64,000 bases of DNA from an uncultured Actinomycetes bacterium (GTDB taxonomy: Bacteria > Actinomycetota > Thermoleophilia > Gaiellales > Gaiellaceae), in contig CAWBFX010000008.1 in the NCBI GenBank assembly GCA_963788215.1, positions 30,404 to 94,403 of the forward strand, read 5' to 3'. The number at the start of each line of letters is the position of its first letter. The stretch's first letter is position 1. The position numbers were made by a program, and so were the translations under genes. Below the pieces are notes generated by a model. That model did no database searches and was not told the DNA's origin. It was given only the letters and a program-made list of their open reading frames with translations. Positions 30,678 through 38,846 of this stretch are shown here, one piece after another.

Positions 30678-31370
30678 CCGAGAACGGCCCGCTGCAGGTC
30701 GAAGCGACCGGCGAGACCGTCGGGGAGGCCAAGTGGAGCGCACTCCGCGAGCTGGAGAAGCTTCAGCCGGGGATCGACAAGGCGGCCGTCCAGTTCCAGG
30801 TCCTCTCAGAAGGCGAGCGCGGCCTGCTCGGCGTCGGCTACGCGCCCGCGCGGGTGATCGCGAGCGTCGATGCGCTCAGCCGTCGCGGCGCCGGCTCCCA
30901 GCGCCGCTGTCGAGGAAGAAGGCGAGCTCGCCGCGCAGGTGCGCGAGCTGCTCGAGCACGTCCTCGAGGCCATCGGCGTCGCCGCCCGCGTCGAGATCCG
31001 CGAGGACGACGAGTCGCTTGTCGCGACGGTCACCGGCCGGGAGCTCGGGCTCGTGATCGGCAAGCACGGCCAGACGATCGACGCGATCCAGTACCTCGTG
31101 AACGCGATCGCCTGGCGCGAGCACGGCGACGAGCGGAAGCCCGTCGTGGTGGACGCAGCCGGCTATCGCGAGCGGCGCGAGGCTACTCTCGGAACGCTCG
31201 CCGTGCGCTCGGCCGAGCGGGCGAAGGCCTCCCGCAGCGCGGTCGAGCTCGACCCGATGACGGCCGTCGAGCGCAAGGTCGTCCACATGCATCTGAAGGA
31301 CGTGCCGGGCGTCACCACGCGCAGCGAAGGGACCGAGCCCAACCGGTTCGTCGTCGTCGAGCCCGAGTGA
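30674..31370 (+). pseudogene. jag: Jag/KhpB (Jag_N + KH + R3H RNA-binding protein), reading frame interrupted at about 30858-30900
   Basis: Jag_N (MTENGPLQVEATGETVGEAKWSALRELEK...GLLGVGYAPARVIASV) runs from ATG 30674 in one frame. The KH/R3H part (ORF 30870..31370: ...GLVIGKHGQTIDAIQYL...VHMHLKDVPGVTTRSEG) is in the +1 frame, which has a TGA at 30855. Confidence 0.7.
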
Positions 31371-31942
31371 TCGAACGCTGGTTGGAGGCCCTTGTCTCCA
31401 CGCCAGGCCTGACTTCTCTGAGCGGCGAGGAAGCCCGCCGCGTCCACGTAACCGACAGCCTCGCCGCCCTCGACGTCGTGCGTGGATTCGACGGCGCGAT
31501 CGTGGACGTCGGCTCCGGCGGCGGTGCTCCCGGGATCCCGCTCGCCGTGGCTCTTCCGGACCGGCAGGTGACGCTCCTCGAGGCGAGCCGCCGCAAGTGC
31601 GAGTTCCTGGAAGGCTGGGCGCGAGAGCTCCCGAACGTGAGCGTGGTCTGCGGCCGAGCCGAGGAGCAGCCCGTCGACGCGTGGGGCGTCGCGGTCGCGA
31701 AGGCGCTCGCCGAGCCGCCGGTGGCCGCGGAATGGTGTCTCCCGCTCGTCGCCCCGGGCGGCGCCGCGATCCTGTTCGTGGGCCCGAGCGCCGATTCGGA
31801 GCGGGTCGCGCGGGTCGCCGCGAAGCTCGGCGGCGAGCCGGCGGAATCCCCGCCAGGCCTGCTCGTCCTGCGCAAGCTCCAGCCCACGCCGGAGGGCTTT
31901 CCGCGGCGCCCCGGCGTCGCCAGGAAACGTCCGCTCGCGTAG
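31367..31942 (+). CDS. rsmG: 16S rRNA (guanine527-N7)-methyltransferase RsmG/GidB
   Basis: GTG 31367 overlaps the jag stop as GTGA. DVGSGGGAPGIPLAV (SAM motif), VTLLEASRRKCEFL. Confidence 0.88.
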   Translation: MIERWLEALVSTPGLTSLSGEEARRVHVTDSLAALDVVRGFDGAIVDVGSGGGAPGIPLAVALPDRQVTLLEASRRKCEFLEGWARELPNVSVVCGRAEEQPVDAWGVAVAKALAEPPVAAEWCLPLVAPGGAAILFVGPSADSERVARVAAKLGGEPAESPPGLLVLRKLQPTPEGFPRRPGVARKRPLA

Positions 31943-31955
31943 CTAGCGTGCCCGT

Positions 31956-32711
31956 ATGCCCGGCCGGGTGTATGCGCTTGCCAATCAGAAGGGCGGGGTC
32001 GGCAAGACGACCACCGCGATCAACCTCGCGGCCTGCCTCGCCGAGGCCGGCGAGCGCACGCTCGTGGTCGATCTCGACCCGCAGGCGAACGCGACGTCGG
32101 GCCTCGGGGAGCGGGCGAACGGCAGCTCGTCGTTCGACCTCCTCGACGGGATCGCGCTCGAGCGGCTGATCCGTCCGACGAAGTTCGCGAACCTCGACCT
32201 CGTGCCGTCCAAGCCGGAGCTTGCAGGCGCCGCCGTCGAGCTCGCCCGGCGGCCGGACGGGGAGCGCTACCTCGCCGAGTCGCTGGCCGGAGCAGGAGCG
32301 CGCTACTCCTTCGTCTTCCTCGACTGCCCGCCGTCGCTCGGGCCGCTGACTGTCAACGCGCTCGCGGCCGCCGATCGCGTGCTCGTGCCGGTGCAGGCCG
32401 AGTACTACGCGCTCGAGGGCCTCGCGCAGCTCGTCGGCTCGGTCGAGCTCGTGCGCTCGCGGTTGAACCCGCGCCTCGCGATCGGCGGGGTGATCCTGAC
32501 CATGGTTGACCGGCGAACGCGCCTCGCGGCCGACGTCTCGGACGAGGTGCGCCGGCACTTCGGAGAGCTCGTCTTCCGCACGGCCGTTCCGCGCTCTGTC
32601 CGCCTCGCCGAGGCGCCGAGCCACGGGCTGCCGGTGACCGCCTACGACCGCGCGTCGGCCGGCGCCGACGCGTACTGGAAGGTGGCGATAGAGCTTGTCG
32701 GCCGTTCCTGA
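31956..32711 (+). CDS. parA: Chromosome partitioning ATPase ParA/Soj
   Basis: ANQKGGVGKTTTAINLA (deviant Walker A), VVDLDPQANAT, FLDCPPSLG. Confidence 0.92.
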   Translation: MPGRVYALANQKGGVGKTTTAINLAACLAEAGERTLVVDLDPQANATSGLGERANGSSSFDLLDGIALERLIRPTKFANLDLVPSKPELAGAAVELARRPDGERYLAESLAGAGARYSFVFLDCPPSLGPLTVNALAAADRVLVPVQAEYYALEGLAQLVGSVELVRSRLNPRLAIGGVILTMVDRRTRLAADVSDEVRRHFGELVFRTAVPRSVRLAEAPSHGLPVTAYDRASAGADAYWKVAIELVGRS

Positions 32712-33540
32712 CAAACGCCGCGGCCTGGGCCGCGGTCTCGAGCTGCTTGTCGGCGGCGAGGGCCAGCCGGAGCTGGCGCACCTGCCCGTCGAGACGATCC
32801 ACGCGAACCCCCGCCAGCCGCGGAAGCGCTTCGACCACGAGGCGGCGACCGCGCTCGCGGAATCGGTCCGCGCCCAGGGCCTGGTTCAGCCTGTGGTCGT
32901 GCGGCCGCGGCAGGCCGGCGGCTGGGAGCTGATCGCCGGCGAACGCCGCTGGCGTGCAGCGCGCGAGGCCGGACTCCCGACCGTTCCGGCGCTCGTGCGG
33001 GAAGCCGACGACCGCGACTCGCTGCTCCTCGGCCTCGTCGAGAACGTCGCACGCGAGGAGCTCTCCGCCGTCGAGGAGGCGCGCGCGTACGCGCTCCTGA
33101 TGGACGAGTTCGGGCTCTCGCTCGGCGACCTCTCGGCCCGAGTCGGGAAGGCGAAGCCGACGGTCTCCAACCGGCTGCGGCTGCTGGAGCTCACCGACGA
33201 CGTGCTTGGGATGGTCGAGCGCGGCGAGTTGAGCGAGGGTCACGCCCGCGCGGTCCTGGCCGTGCCCGACAACGAGGGGCGCCGCGGCCTTGCGCGGCAG
33301 ATCGTCCGTCGGCGGATGTCGGTACGCGCGGCGGAGCGCGCCGCCCGCTGGGCGGGAGCGAAGACGAAGCCGCGCAAGGTGCCGAAGGTCGACCCGGCGC
33401 TGGCGGCTCGTGCTCGCGAAGCTGCGGAGCGTGCAACCGGGTTCACCGCGCGCGTGACTGCGGGCCGGCTCGAGATCGCGTTCTCGGACGAGACCGAGCT
33501 CGAAGAGCTGGCGGAGGCGCTGGAGCGCCTCGTCGCGTAG
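32695..33540 (+). CDS. parB: Chromosome partitioning protein ParB/Spo0J
   Basis: RRGLGRGLELL, NPRQPRKRFD, LIAGERRWRAA (GERRxRA box), HTH KPTVSNRLRLLEL. TTG start overlaps parA by 17 nt. Confidence 0.92.
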   Translation: MSAVPDKRRGLGRGLELLVGGEGQPELAHLPVETIHANPRQPRKRFDHEAATALAESVRAQGLVQPVVVRPRQAGGWELIAGERRWRAAREAGLPTVPALVREADDRDSLLLGLVENVAREELSAVEEARAYALLMDEFGLSLGDLSARVGKAKPTVSNRLRLLELTDDVLGMVERGELSEGHARAVLAVPDNEGRRGLARQIVRRRMSVRAAERAARWAGAKTKPRKVPKVDPALAARAREAAERATGFTARVTAGRLEIAFSDETELEELAEALERLVA

Positions 33541-33580
33541 CCCCGTATCTTTTCCGCGGCCGGGGGCGTTAAACGACGAG

Positions 33581-33829
33581 ATGCTCCCCGGCTGGCACCA
33601 GAACCTCGAGGGCTTCGAGGCGATCTCGCAAGACGATCTGATGCGAGACCTCGTGCTGCGCATGTCCGCGCTCTCGCAGTCGGGAAGCCTGGCGCCGTTC
33701 CTCGTCGAGCTGGCGCATGACGGAGACCTCGACGACGCGACCAAGATCAGCCTGCAGGAAATCGCGTCCGACCCGGCCTTTCTGCTCGCGGTCGAGGACT
33801 ACGTCCACCGCACCGAGATCCTCCACTGA
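33581..33829 (+). CDS. Hypothetical protein (82 aa, acidic)
   Basis: Balanced amino-acid composition, unlike the R-rich antisense ORF 33569..34327. No family recognised. Confidence 0.4.
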   Translation: MLPGWHQNLEGFEAISQDDLMRDLVLRMSALSQSGSLAPFLVELAHDGDLDDATKISLQEIASDPAFLLAVEDYVHRTEILH

Positions 33830-33871
33830 CGAGAGATTGGCGGAATGATCGCCGCGTCGTAGGCTGACGGG

Positions 33872-34426
33872 GTGTTGGACTGGCCGACGCGTCCCGAGGC
33901 AGAGCGCCTTCGCCAGTGGCCTCTGATCGTCCATGCGTCGGAGAAGGCCGAAAGCACCGAGGAGCTGGATGGTCTCCTCCTTCTCGGGTCGTTCTCGTCC
34001 GGTCGAGCGGATCAGATCAGCGACGTGGACCTCGTAGCTGTGGTCTCGGAGGGGCAGTTCGAGGCTGCATGGGCGCGTCGTCGCGAGTTCGAGACACCAG
34101 GAACCCTCTTCGAGTGGGATGTCCGCATCGAGTCTGACGGCGACGCTGCGAGCCACAAATGGATAACGCAAGACATCGTGAAGGTCGAGTGCGGCTTCGC
34201 GGACGCGGCGCGCTCCGCGATGCAACTCGCCGAGCCTTATGCCGTACTTGTCGGCGATGAGTCCGTCGCCACGCGGTTCCCACCACTCGACCCGATCGCG
34301 CCTGCCGTTCTGGAGGCTTACGCGCAAGAGCTCCGCGACAAGGGAATGGTGCCCGAAGTCGAGACGGCCTATGGAGAGCTGCGTCGAGCGCTACGAAGTG
34401 CGAGCTCGGGCCGCGGTAGCCCGTAA
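33872..34426 (+). CDS. Nucleotidyltransferase-domain protein (Pol-beta/MNT/KNTase-like fold)
   Basis: LLLGSFSSGRADQISDVDLVAVV has the GS-x(n)-DxD signature of minimal nucleotidyltransferases. Helical C-terminal half. Confidence 0.6.
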   Translation: MLDWPTRPEAERLRQWPLIVHASEKAESTEELDGLLLLGSFSSGRADQISDVDLVAVVSEGQFEAAWARRREFETPGTLFEWDVRIESDGDAASHKWITQDIVKVECGFADAARSAMQLAEPYAVLVGDESVATRFPPLDPIAPAVLEAYAQELRDKGMVPEVETAYGELRRALRSASSGRGSP

Positions 34427-34459
34427 AACGACACCCGCAGCCTTCCGGCTCGCTGTCTA

Positions 34460-34495
34460 GTAAGAAAGAGGAAGGCCCGCGCCGGAGCGCGGGCC
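34460..34495 (-). terminator. Rho-independent terminator closing the gvp locus (bidirectional hairpin)
   Basis: GGCCCGCGC-cgga-GCGCGGGCC (34474-34495). On the minus strand it is followed by TTCCTCTTTCTT. It lies 7 nt past the stop at 34502. Confidence 0.6.
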
Positions 34496-34501
34496 GTTCC
34501 G

Positions 34502-35104
34502 CTAGCTGCGTGCTCTGCTGATCGCGCGCTCGAGCTGAGCCTTGGTCATGCTCGACCGGCCGTCGATCTTCAGTCGCTTGGCCTGGTTGTAGAGCTGCTC
34601 CTTCGTCCTGCCGCTCCCGCTGCGGTTGTTGCTGCTGCTACCGCTGCTGCGGCTGCCGGACGAGCTGCTCCGGCTCCGGTTCGAGGAGCCACTACTGCCG
34701 CTGCGGCTCGAGGAGCCGCTGCTGCGGCCGGACGAGCTTCGGCTCTTGGACGACGACGAGCTCGAACGCTTCGACGAGCCCGAGCGCGCCTTCGATCCCG
34801 TCGAGCGCCGGCTCGAGCTCCCGGAGCTGCCTGAGGACCCGCTGCGCGAGCCGCTGGACGACCCGCTGCGCGAGCGGCTGGAGCCGCTGCGGGACCCGCT
34901 GGACCCACCGGAGCCGCTACGCGACCGCGAACCTTGCTGCGACCCTTCGCCGGACCCCTGGCTGTCCTGGTCGTCGTCATCCCCGCCGCCGCCGAGCACC
35001 TTGCGGCCCACGGCGACCGCGGCCGGGACGGCAACTCCGAGCGCCGCCCCCGCGACGACCTTCTTCCCGGTCGACATGCCTTCGTTGTCGTCCATCTCTT
35101 CCAT
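34502..35104 (-). CDS. Ser/Arg/Gly-rich low-complexity protein with an N-terminal Ala-rich segment and a C-terminal Rho_N/HeH-like helix-extended-helix motif
   Basis: GAAGGAGG RBS before the ATG. About 130 aa of SGS/SRS repeats. C-terminus TKEQLYNQAKRLKIDGRSSMTKAQLERAI resembles the Rho N-terminal/SAP-like fold. Confidence 0.65.
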   Translation of the reverse strand: MEEMDDNEGMSTGKKVVAGAALGVAVPAAVAVGRKVLGGGGDDDDQDSQGSGEGSQQGSRSRSGSGGSSGSRSGSSRSRSGSSSGSRSGSSGSSGSSSRRSTGSKARSGSSKRSSSSSSKSRSSSGRSSGSSSRSGSSGSSNRSRSSSSGSRSSGSSSNNRSGSGRTKEQLYNQAKRLKIDGRSSMTKAQLERAISRARS

Positions 35105-35128
35105 CGTTCCTCCTTCGGTTTGGGGCGG

Positions 35129-35443
35129 CTAGCTTCCGCCGCCCGCCTCGTTGAACGACTCGATGAACCGCGGCACGATCCGCTCGCGGATGATCTCGGG
35201 TGCGTTCTCGGCCACCCATTCGCCCGCGGCCCCTGCGGCATCCTCGGCCGCCGGAAGCAGCGCGTCCCGCGCCGCGTCCCAGCCGCCCGAGAGCGCCGAC
35301 GTGAGCATCGAGCTCATGTCGCCGCCCTTCGACCCCGAGTCGCCGTTGCTCGAGCTTCCGTTGGAGCCGCCTCGGTGCGAGAGCGCCTTCTTCGCGGCGA
35401 TCGCCGCCACGCTCGTCGCGGCCGCCGCGGCAGCGGCCTTCAC
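35129..35443 (-). CDS. Hypothetical gvp-locus protein (104 aa from GTG; may extend to ATG 35529 if the frame is corrected)
   Basis: VKAAAAAAATSVAAIAAKKALSHRGGSNGSSSNGD..., followed by a conserved-looking C-terminus EWVAENAPEIIRERIVPRFIESF. Confidence 0.5.
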   Translation of the reverse strand: MKAAAAAAATSVAAIAAKKALSHRGGSNGSSSNGDSGSKGGDMSSMLTSALSGGWDAARDALLPAAEDAAGAAGEWVAENAPEIIRERIVPRFIESFNEAGGGS

Positions 35444-35529
35444 GGCCGTGCTGCCACCGCCGCCACCGCTGCTGCTCTGCTGCTCGTCTTGTTCTGCTGG
35501 TTCTGCTGGTCCTGAGTCTCTTCAGCCAT
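35440..35529 (-). CDS. Possible 29-aa leader ORF (MAEETQDQQNQQNKTSSRAAAVAAVAARP), or the true 5' end of the downstream gene
   Basis: ATG 35529 is preceded by GAAGGAGG at the right spacing. Its TGA overlaps GTG 35443 as GTGA. Confidence 0.3.
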   Translation of the reverse strand: MAEETQDQQNQQNKTSSRAAAVAAVAARP

Positions 35530-35546
35530 CTCTTGGCCTCCTTCGT

Positions 35547-35798
35547 CTAGGAGCGCGCCTTGGAGCGGGCAGAGCCTGATGCGGACCCGGCGCCACCCTT
35601 CAGCTCTTGCAGGCGGCTCGTCAACGCTTCGTTGACGGTGCTAAAGGTTCCGGCAGCCTCGTCGGCGTGCTCGCTGATCTGGTCCGCGATCCGGACGAGC
35701 TTGTCGAAGCTCGCGCTGTCGCGGATCTCCTTGCGCAGGTTGTCGACGAGACCCGCGAGGTCGTCGGCGACCTGTTCGACGTCTTTCAGTGATGCCAT
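35547..35798 (-). CDS. Hypothetical small helical protein (83 aa) of the gvp locus
   Basis: AAAGGAG RBS before the ATG. MASLKDVEQVADDLAGLVDNLRKEIRDSASFDKLVRIADQISEH... has a helical/coiled-coil character. It is the C-terminal part of ORF 35547..36380. Confidence 0.55.
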   Translation of the reverse strand: MASLKDVEQVADDLAGLVDNLRKEIRDSASFDKLVRIADQISEHADEAAGTFSTVNEALTSRLQELKGGAGSASGSARSKARS

Positions 35799-35860
35799 CG
35801 GTGTTCTCCTTTCACGAGGACTCCTACGGGTATCACCGACCCGCTCGTTTTCATGCAGGT

Positions 35861-36217
35861 TTAGAGAAGATTTCCGAGCGGACCCAGATCGAGGTTCAAA
35901 TCCCGGTCTTCGAGGCCGAACTCGGCCTTCAGCTCGTCCATGCGCTGGTTGAGCTTCATGAAGGTCTCGCCGAGCTGGTCGAGCTGCTCGTCCGTCAGCG
36001 TCCCGCCCTCCATCCGGCGAAGCGCCTGGCGCTCCATCAGCTGGCGAAGGAGCTCGACGAGGGTCAGCACAAGGCGCGCGAGGCCTTGCTCGACCTTCTC
36101 CGGGTCGGCGTTGATACGTCGCGGGAACGCGTCCTGGACGTGCTCCAGCTCGCCGGCGATTCGGTTGAGGTCGCCGCTGCCGGCGAGGACCTTGTCGATC
36201 GGCTCGTGAGCGCTCAC
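35861..36217 (-). CDS. gvpK: Gas vesicle protein GvpK
   Basis: GTG 36217 (GTGA overlap). INADPEKVEQGLARLVLTLVELLRQLMERQALRRMEGGTLTDEQLDQLG...LNLDLGPLGNLL. Confidence 0.88.
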   Translation of the reverse strand: MSAHEPIDKVLAGSGDLNRIAGELEHVQDAFPRRINADPEKVEQGLARLVLTLVELLRQLMERQALRRMEGGTLTDEQLDQLGETFMKLNQRMDELKAEFGLEDRDLNLDLGPLGNLL

Positions 36218-36855
36218 TTCGCGGCCTCCGCTCCGAACGAGTACGGCGGCCACGGCCCCGTGCAGGCGAGCGACAGCTCGGGGTGCGCCGCTTGCAGCTC
36301 GCGGACCGTGCCGAGAAACGTGGACGCGTCCTCGTCGCGCACGAGGTAGGCGCGCTCGAACACGTTGCTCCCCGTCGCACCGCCTGCAGTCTCCTGCGCG
36401 AGGCGGGCGAGCGGCTCGTCGAGCTGGGCGATCAGCTGCGAGCGGCGACGCTCCTCGTCCAGCCGGGCGCGCAGGTATTCGGCTCCGGACTCTGTTTCGG
36501 GACCGCTCTCCGGCGCCGGCGCAACGACGCGCACGCCGAGCTCGACGCAGCCTCGAACACGCTGCAGCCGCTGCTCGAGGTCGGAAGCCTTCGCGGTCAC
36601 CGCGGAGACCAGCTCTTCGTCGCCGGCGAAGGGTCGGCTGAACTGCGCGGGCAGCACGGCTCGGCTGCGGCCCATCAGGGCCTCGACGACCTCGGCGTGG
36701 CGCAGCACGGCTTCCTGCGTGACCTCGTCGCGCGGGACCTCGCTCACCACCAGCTCCAGCGCGTCGACGCGCCTGCGCTCGAGCGGCGCGCCTTCGACGC
36801 CTTCGACGGGCGGCAGGGAGTCGAGCTCGTCGACGATCCCGTAGACGTGGATCAC
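36214..36855 (-). CDS. GvpF/GvpL-family gas vesicle protein (third paralog)
   Basis: MIHVYGIVD...VLPAQF...AYLV...LACTGPWPPYSF, the hallmark GvpL_GvpF ends. Confidence 0.85.
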   Translation of the reverse strand: MIHVYGIVDELDSLPPVEGVEGAPLERRRVDALELVVSEVPRDEVTQEAVLRHAEVVEALMGRSRAVLPAQFSRPFAGDEELVSAVTAKASDLEQRLQRVRGCVELGVRVVAPAPESGPETESGAEYLRARLDEERRRSQLIAQLDEPLARLAQETAGGATGSNVFERAYLVRDEDASTFLGTVRELQAAHPELSLACTGPWPPYSFGAEAAK

Positions 36856-37067
36856 CGCAGCGCGTCTCCGATCGCGACCGGCATGCCCTGCTCCTCGAGC
36901 GTCGCCACGGAGGCGAGGAGCACGCGCAGGCCGACGTAGACGAGGTCGACGTCCGCGACCGAGAGCGTGATGTCACCCGAAAGGACGACGCCCTTGTTGA
37001 GCACCCGGTCGACCAGCTCGAGCAGCGTGACCTGCTGGCGGAGGTCTGGACGGAGGTCGGAGCTCAT
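36852..37067 (-). CDS. gvpS: Gas vesicle protein GvpS (GvpA/J/M-family, small)
   Basis: Inner ATG overlaps the gvpL stop as ATGA. TLLELVDRVLNKGVVLSGDITLSVADVDLVYVGLRVLLASV. Confidence 0.8.
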   Translation of the reverse strand: MSSDLRPDLRQQVTLLELVDRVLNKGVVLSGDITLSVADVDLVYVGLRVLLASVATLEEQGMPVAIGDALR

Positions 37068-37849
37068 GCCCGCAGCTCCTCCGAGACGAAGTTGTACGGA
37101 GGCCATGGCCCGGTCAGCTCGAGCTCGAGCCCTCGTTCGGAGAGCTCCCGCGCCAGAGCGGCGAGCTCGCGCTCGAAGCCAGGCCGGTCGGAGACGAGGT
37201 AGGCGCTGTTGAGCACCATCTCTTCGTCGCGGCCGCTCAGCTCCGGCCGCTGGAGGTCGAGCAGGACGCCGCGCTCTGCGGCGTCCAGCAGGCGGCGGTG
37301 CAGCTCGGAGGCGGCCTCCTGCCCGAAGCGCGCACGCTCGTCGCCGACGAGGCGCTCGAGCCGACGCGACTCGAGGTAGGCGCGGCCGCCTTGTGCGCCT
37401 GCCGCCTGCGCGGTCAGCTCGCGGATTCGGTCGTTCTCCTGGGCGCCGCCGGCCGCAAAGCGTTCCGGGTCGACGAACGCCTTCACGCCCAGCTCGACGC
37501 GGCCCGCGACCTCGGCGAGCGCTGCCGACAGCGCGTCCTGCCGGTCGCTGAGGAACTGCTTCAGCTCAGCCTCTGTCCGGTAGACCGTGCAGAAGCGACA
37601 GGGCAAGACCGTCGTGGACGCCAGCACGCGCTCGAGCACCTGCTCGTGGCGGCGGATGTTCTCTTCCAGCCAGGCCGCGTCGCCGAGCCGCTCTACCAGG
37701 GCCGCCTCGTCGAACTCCTCGAGCGAGACGCGGCTCGCTACCCCGGCGAGCCGACCTTCGGTGACGAGCTCGACGGCCTGCCCGGCGTCGACGGCTCCCG
37801 GCGCGCCCGCCTCGACGACGCCGTAGAGGTACCAGCCTTCCGCGTTCAC
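37064..37849 (-). CDS. gvpL: Gas vesicle protein GvpL (GvpF/L family)
   Basis: GTG 37849 (GTGA overlap with gvpJ). WYLYGVVEAG...VLPCRF...AYLV...LTGPWPPYNF. Confidence 0.85.
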   Translation of the reverse strand: MNAEGWYLYGVVEAGAPGAVDAGQAVELVTEGRLAGVASRVSLEEFDEAALVERLGDAAWLEENIRRHEQVLERVLASTTVLPCRFCTVYRTEAELKQFLSDRQDALSAALAEVAGRVELGVKAFVDPERFAAGGAQENDRIRELTAQAAGAQGGRAYLESRRLERLVGDERARFGQEAASELHRRLLDAAERGVLLDLQRPELSGRDEEMVLNSAYLVSDRPGFERELAALARELSERGLELELTGPWPPYNFVSEELRA

Positions 37850-38154
37850 GACTCCTCGTCGCTCGTCGGCAGGCCGACCTTCTCCTCGATCGCGCGCAGC
37901 CGCTTGTCGAGCTCGCCGCGGCCGTTGCTGCCGGACAGGAACGGATCGCTCTGCCACCAGTCGATGCCCATCTCCTTGGCCTTGTCGGCGGAGGCGATCA
38001 GCAGCCGGATCTTCACCGTGAGCAGCTCGATGTCGAGCAGGTTGATCTGGATGTCGCCGGCCACGACGATGCCCTTGTCGAGGACGCGCTCGAGCACGTC
38101 CGTGAGCTGCGCCGGCTGGCCGGAGCGATAGCCCTCGAGGTCGCGGCTGCTCAC
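37846..38154 (-). CDS. gvpJ: Gas vesicle protein GvpJ (GvpA-family)
   Basis: LTDVLERVLDKGIVVAGDIQINLLDIELLTVKIRLLIASADKAKEMGIDWW. Confidence 0.85.
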   Translation of the reverse strand: MSSRDLEGYRSGQPAQLTDVLERVLDKGIVVAGDIQINLLDIELLTVKIRLLIASADKAKEMGIDWWQSDPFLSGSNGRGELDKRLRAIEEKVGLPTSDEES

Positions 38155-38846
38155 AGCCCTTCTCCGTTGGCCTGCGAACGCGTGTAGCGCCGGACCTGGC
38201 GGTAGCTGCGGAGGCCGAGCTTCTCGTCGAGCTCGAGCTCGTACGACGCGAGCACGTCGGTCGTCTCGGGAATGCGCGACAGCTCGAGCACCTCGAGCGT
38301 GGCCACCCAGCCGTTCTGCGTCCGCTCCAGCGCGGAGGCGGACTCGACCGCCTTGCCGAGGAGCTCCTGAAGCTGGTCGCGGGCCGTCCTCATCGCCTTG
38401 CCGGCGTCGCCGAGCGAGGCGCCTTCCACCGGCTCGGGCTCGTGGTGCTGCTCGTCGCGCTGCCGGTCGTCGTCCTGGCGCGCGTTGTCGTGCTGGTGCG
38501 CTTCGGGCTGCTGCTCTTCCGGCTGCTCGGCCTGTGGCTCGTCGTCCTGCTCGGACTCCGCCTCGGGCTCGTCGGGCTTCTCGGGCTCGGCCCGCTCGTC
38601 CTCGGTGCCGCCATCGGCGTCGTTGCCGTGATGGGTGAACGCGCGGGCCGCAGCGGCGGCTGCGCCGACGGCGGCTCCGGCGGCGGCGACCTTGGCGGCC
38701 TGCTTTACGGCCTCGAGCGGCTCTCCGTTCCGGGCCTCCGAGCTGTCGTCCCGCGAGTTGTCGTCCTGCTGAGGCTCCTCGGAGCTGCCACGCCGCTTCT
38801 GGCGGGACTCCTGCCGCTTCTTCTGCGCGTCGGTCAGGTCAGCCAT
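38151..38846 (-). CDS. gvpO: Gas vesicle protein GvpO with a long acidic/Q-rich N-terminal region
   Basis: C-terminus NGWVATLEVLELSRIPETTDVLASYELELDEKLGLRSYRQVRRYTR matches the GvpO domain. Confidence 0.8.
   Translation of the reverse strand: MADLTDAQKKRQESRQKRRGSSEEPQQDDNSRDDSSEARNGEPLEAVKQAAKVAAAGAAVGAAAAAARAFTHHGNDADGGTEDERAEPEKPDEPEAESEQDDEPQAEQPEEQQPEAHQHDNARQDDDRQRDEQHHEPEPVEGASLGDAGKAMRTARDQLQELLGKAVESASALERTQNGWVATLEVLELSRIPETTDVLASYELELDEKLGLRSYRQVRRYTRSQANGEGL

Noticed and set aside
29939-31942. 667-aa ORF that appears to fuse YidC-antisense sequence, Jag_N and RsmG
   Set aside because: Only the Jag_N (30674-30870) and RsmG (31367-31942) segments are meaningful. The middle is an R-rich out-of-frame read of the KH/R3H region. 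The frame just happens to contain no stop.
30876-32714. 612-aa minus-strand ORF opposite jag, rsmG and parA
   Set aside because: Same GC artefact. It overlaps three well-supported plus-strand genes.
33569-34327. 252-aa minus-strand ORF across the islet after parB
   Set aside because: It is Arg-rich with no recognisable motifs. The two plus-strand ORFs have balanced composition, and one carries an NTase signature.
34600-34960. Degenerate short tandem repeats (GCTGCTGC / CGAGC units) that might look like a CRISPR or VNTR array
   Set aside because: There is no repeat-spacer periodicity. The repeats sit inside a continuous ORF and encode SGS/SRS low complexity, so this is coding low-complexity sequence rather than CRISPR.
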